NCBI GenBank assembly: GCA_028826165.1
Contig: JAPDFW010000082.1
Span: 315,467 to 371,713, forward strand
Direction: 5' to 3'
Length of the DNA stretch: 56,247 nucleotides
Origin: Anaeramoeba ignava BMAN
Taxonomy: Eukaryota > Protista > Anaeramoebae
The notes beneath the pieces are model-generated. The model did no database searches. It was not told where the DNA came from and was given only the letters and a program-made list of their open reading frames with translations. The translations under genes and the position numbers were made by a program. Positions 51,945 to 56,247 of this stretch are shown here, piece after piece; positions within the stretch are counted from its first letter, which is position 1; every line of letters begins with the position of its first letter.

Positions 51945-54900
51945 TTAATTTTTATTTATTGAATTTGAAAATTTTTCAAAGTAATTCCTTAATTTTGCAA
52001 ATTGATTTTGAAAGTTTAATTGATCTTTTGAAAATTCTTCATTTTCTATTTCTTTTTTTGATAAAATTTCTTCAAGAAATACTAAAATTGAAATTGAACT
52101 TGAAATTTCTTCTAAAATTCTTTTTTTTTTACTTTTTGGATAAACAGAAATTTCAATCTTTTCAAAACAATTAATAAATTCATTAACAAAAATATTTGCA
52201 ATTTTTAAGGAAATTTCTTGCAATTCAATTTTTTGAATATATTGTTTTAAAACAGAATATAATCTTTTTGTATCTTCTGATAATTTTTCTATTAATATTT
52301 GATCATCATTAGTTTGATTTGCTTTAAAAATTTTACTTAAATTTTTTTTCTTTTGTAATTGAGATTGATTGATTTGATTTTTAGTTGTTTGAGATAAAGG
52401 AAAGAAAATCTCATTAAAGGATTCAATTTGCTTCAATAAAACATCTTGAATAATTCCAATTATTTTTTCAAAAACCTCGTTTTTATGTTCATTATAATCT
52501 CTGTTTAATTTATCAAATTCAGAAAGTAAAGGTGAATAAGATTCTGGTAAAAGTGAAGAAAATACTTTTTGGATTTTAATGTTTGTTTCAAAAAGTATAT
52601 TTAATGTTTGTGATGATAATGCAAGATTTTGTGTTGTTATTCTTTTCAATCCTGCTACTTGAATTGCTCCAGCTCCTAAAAACTAATTGGCACATTCTTG
52701 AATTAAATTGTTTCAAAATTCCAATTATTTTTTGCATTAAATCTGTCAAATTTGATTTTGAGAATTTTCTTGCACATTTCATATAATTTGTTAAAATTTG
52801 GAAAAGAAAAAGTACACTTTTAACTGCTGGTATTCGATTAAATTTGGATCCTTGAACAAGAAGATAATTGTTCAAAATTTCTTTATTATCTTTGCTTTTT
52901 GGTTCTTTTGTGCTGTTTTCATCTGTTAAATTTACTTTTTTATTATCAAGATTGTTAAATAATATTTGGATTTTCCATGGAACTTTTTCTATTTTCCATT
53001 TATCTTGAACTAGAATTTTTTCAATATATTCCATTGAAAATTTATGAAGAATTTCGATAAATTTCTTGGTTAAATTTTTAATCTCAATATCTAATGAATT
53101 GCATTTATATTTTGTTGTTTTTCACTTTCAATCATAAAATTTTTGTGTTATTGAAACGAGATTTAGGAATTCATCAATTGAATTGTTCATTTCTTGTGGA
53201 GAATTAATCAATCTAATTGATATTGATTCTTTTCTTGTTTGCAGAATTCTTGTACATTTATTATGACTAATTTCGCATGCATGATTTATTATTGATTCTG
53301 AATCTTTGATCATTTGGTTTATAACAATCTCATCTACATTATTTTCAAGTCCATTCCAAGTTTTCATTTTCATTTTTCATTTCCATTTTGATTTTTCATC
53401 TCCAAAATTTCTTGAAATATTCTTTTTAAAATATTATTTACTTCAAGAGATATTTTTAATAAATAAATAACACGAGAATAAACTTTTTCAATAAATTCAA
53501 GAAAAGTTTGTGAATCCAATTCTTTAAGTGCTTCTTTTTCTTCCTGTTGTAATTTTAGAGGAATATTGTCTAATGAGATTATTTGTTAAATTGCTATTTT
53601 CTTTTTGTTTGTTTTGAGAAACAAGAAAATCATCAATCATTTTATTAATTTCATTTTCAAATTTATTCGAAATTTTTTTCATTGTATTGAATAAATGCAT
53701 CTTGTAAATATTTTATATTCAATAAGCAAAGGATGATTGGTTTTAAATTTTCATAAGTATCATTAATTTCTTTTTGATTTTCATTTTGATTTAAACAAAA
53801 TTTTTGAAAAATCTTCACATAATTCACTTTTCATTTTTATCATTCATTTTATTCAATTCCATTTTTAAACCTTTAATACATTGAATTCCATTTAATTGAT
53901 TTTCAATAACAAATTTAGTTGTTGTTATAACTTCAAGAGCACCTGCAAAATCACGATTATTTAATAATAATTGTGCTGTATTTACTCCATTTTTAACTAC
54001 AGAAATTAGTTTCATTTTATCAGTTAATTTATTCATATTTTGTTGTTGTGTTTTTGATTTTGTAATTTGAATTGATTTAATAACAATATCTTGATCAATT
54101 TTGTTCAATAAATCTCTAATAAATGTAATTTTTTGAAGAGTATTTTGAACTTTATATGTTAAATCAGATAATTCATTAATTGATGAGAAAATATATGGAG
54201 TTTTTTCTAATAATTCACTAGATAATTTATTTTCAATCAATTCAAGGAAATGTTGAGCCTTAAATTTTCAAAATGAATTTTTAAAATGAATTTTAATTTT
54301 CAAAATGAATTTCAAAATGAATTTTAATTCTAATTTTACTTTTTGATGTGGTTTCAATGATACTTTAGAATCTGAATCAATTTCATAAATATTTTGAAAA
54401 ATTTCTGTATTTGATAAATCAAAAAAAGGAGAGAAAAATATTGAAGGAATAATTTTTTTCATAGTTTCCAAATTCATATTCAAATCATTTTCTTGACTAA
54501 TTTTATAAAATTCAAATTCATTTAAATTAAAATCAATTCAAAATTCAAATTCAAAATTAAAATTAAATTACTTTGAATGATTTTGATTTTGATTTTGATT
54601 TTGATTTTGATTTTGATTTTGATTTTGATTTTGATTTTGATTTTCTGAATAAATTTTTGTTGAATCTAATTTTTTATCTTCAATTCTTGATAAAATTTGA
54701 ATTTTTAATTTTTGATTTTCTTCAAATTTTTCTTGAATTTCTTTAATACTTTGATAATATTTTTTAATTCTATTATTTAATTTTTGTCTAAATTCTTGTG
54801 AAATATTTTGTTCTTCTGAAGTATAAACTGGAACTTCAAAAACTTTATCAAGAAACCAATCACTCCAAGTTTGCTATTTTATTTCCAACAATTTAATTAT

Positions 54901-55038
54901 TATAAATTTAATTTGAATAAAAAGTTGTTTACAAATAAATAATTTGTTTTTTGATTTTTTCATTTTGATTTTTGATTTACTTTTGTTGGATCATTTATTA
55001 TTGAAATTATATTTTGACTTTCAACATATTCATTAAAT
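51945..55038 (-). CDS. VPS54: Vacuolar protein sorting 54 (GARP subunit), fragmented by apparent indel errors
   Basis: IPSIFFSPFFDLSN, LLLNNRDFAGALEVI, ILVQDKW, and across a frameshift FNSRMCQLV(L)GAGAIQVAGLKRITTQNLALSSQTL. Start not resolved. Confidence 0.82.
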
Positions 55039-55039
55039 C

Positions 55040-55285
55040 TAGTTTTATTTTTAGTTTTATTTTGATTTTGATTTTGATTTTGATTTTTGATTTTGATTTT
55101 TATTTTGATTTTGATTTTGATTTTGATTTTTGATTTTGATTTTTGATTTTGATTTTGATTTTGATTTTGATTTTGATTTTGATTTTTATTTTGATTTTGA
55201 TTTTGATTTTGATTTTGATTTTTGATTTTGATTTTGATTTTGATTTTGATTTTGATTTTGATTTTTGATTTTGATTTTGATTTTA
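55040..55285. repeat. (TTTTGA)n microsatellite
   Basis: Direct reading. Confidence 0.85.
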
Positions 55286-56247
55286 TTTTAATTTTATTTA
55301 AATTATTTCAATTATTTTTGATTTTTTTCATATTTCAATTATTTCAATTATTTCAATTATTTCAATTATTTCAATTATTTAAAAAGAAAAAAGAAAAAAA
55401 TGAATAATTTGTTTTTAAAAATTAATAATTTAAATTTTTTTTCCTTTTTCATTTTTTTTTTTCATTTTTTTTCATTTTTAAAAAAAAAACAAACTTAAAA
55501 TGAATTTAGAAAAGGTAAATTTAATAAATAATTCCTTTTTAAAAATAATTTTAAAAATAATTTCATGTTATTTGCTTTATTTTTGTTTTAAAAATTAATT
55601 ACATAATTAAACTCAAAAAAATAAGAATTAATACAAATCAAATCTCAAAAACATAAGAATTAAATCATAATAAAAAAAGATCAAATAACAAAAACAAAAG
55701 AAAAACAAAAATCTTAATTTTTATAAAAATAATAAAAATTTATATTAAATATTTAAAAGTTAAATTCTAAAATTATTGAAGAACAAAATCCCTCAAAATT
55801 TAATTGATCTTCTTCTTCCAAATTTAAAATGGAATTTTTAAATGTAAAAAATTTAAATTTAAATTAAATTAAATTAAAATTGAATTAAAAATTTAAAATT
55901 GAATTAAAAATTTAAATTAAAAAGAAAGCAAACTTAAATGAATGGGGAAAATATTTCGAATAATAAATTTCTGAAGAATATTTTCAAGAACAAGTGGGAT
56001 TATCAAATTCAACAAAAATTCTAAGGAAAAATGACTTTAATATTTACAATTTTAAAATTTATTAAAAACATTACCAACAGCAATACAAATAAAAATTTAT
56101 CTTCATTTAATTCCATTCGACAAGATATTTTGAAAATTTTGTTACTTGGGTGATGAATAATTTATTACTTTTTAAGCCAGTTTGAATATAAGAAGATTCG
56201 TTATTGTCTTTTATTCATAGTTAATTTTATGGTCTTTTAATTATAAA

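Noticed and set aside
51945-55038. VPS54 pseudogene
   Set aside because: The frameshifts fall in homopolymer-rich sequence near the window end and the conserved motifs are intact, so sequencing error is more likely.
55500-56247. Possible gene starting ATG AAT TTA GAA AAG|GT at 55500
   Set aside because: Downstream exon-like pieces are interrupted by stops and frameshifts, and no product can be recognised.
1-56247. Inteins, transposons, tRNA or rRNA genes
   Set aside because: No Hint/LAGLIDADG, transposase or RT motifs, and no structured RNA gene, were recognisable by eye.

Overview
This is a gene-dense, extremely AT-rich eukaryotic (protist) region with short GT-AG introns and long introns filled with microsatellites. 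The style resembles Anaeramoeba-like metamonads, which is inference only. Conventional genes: eIF2alpha kinase (HRI-like), NPRL2, HSP90, PSI/mucin-like membrane protein, LRR-PP2C, ASCC1-like, MED10, KRTCAP2, ANK-RhoGEF-PH, KTI12, FAF1/UBX, CENP-O, SDR and VPS54. The standout is a cluster of three ankyrin-repeat + tandem-BTB genes (22.7-38.0 kb). Each ankyrin repeat body is one phase-0 exon of about 96 nt. The beta-hairpin tip residues, which are the target-contact positions randomised in DARPins, are missing from those exons. They appear instead as about 49 separate one-codon (3-nt, a few 6-nt) AG-NNN-GT microexons spaced about one minimal intron apart. One intron holds an excess array of 6-7 microexons, and microexon codons differ between otherwise near-identical tandem duplicates. 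This suggests a splicing-based combinatorial binder repertoire coupled to Cullin-3-type adaptors (inference). Also seen: a U12-type AT-AC intron in KTI12, P-stalk-like (GGLFD) C-termini on two of the ANK-BTB proteins, and Inr-like TCATTTT arrays upstream of most genes. All splice models were read by eye and need RNA confirmation.
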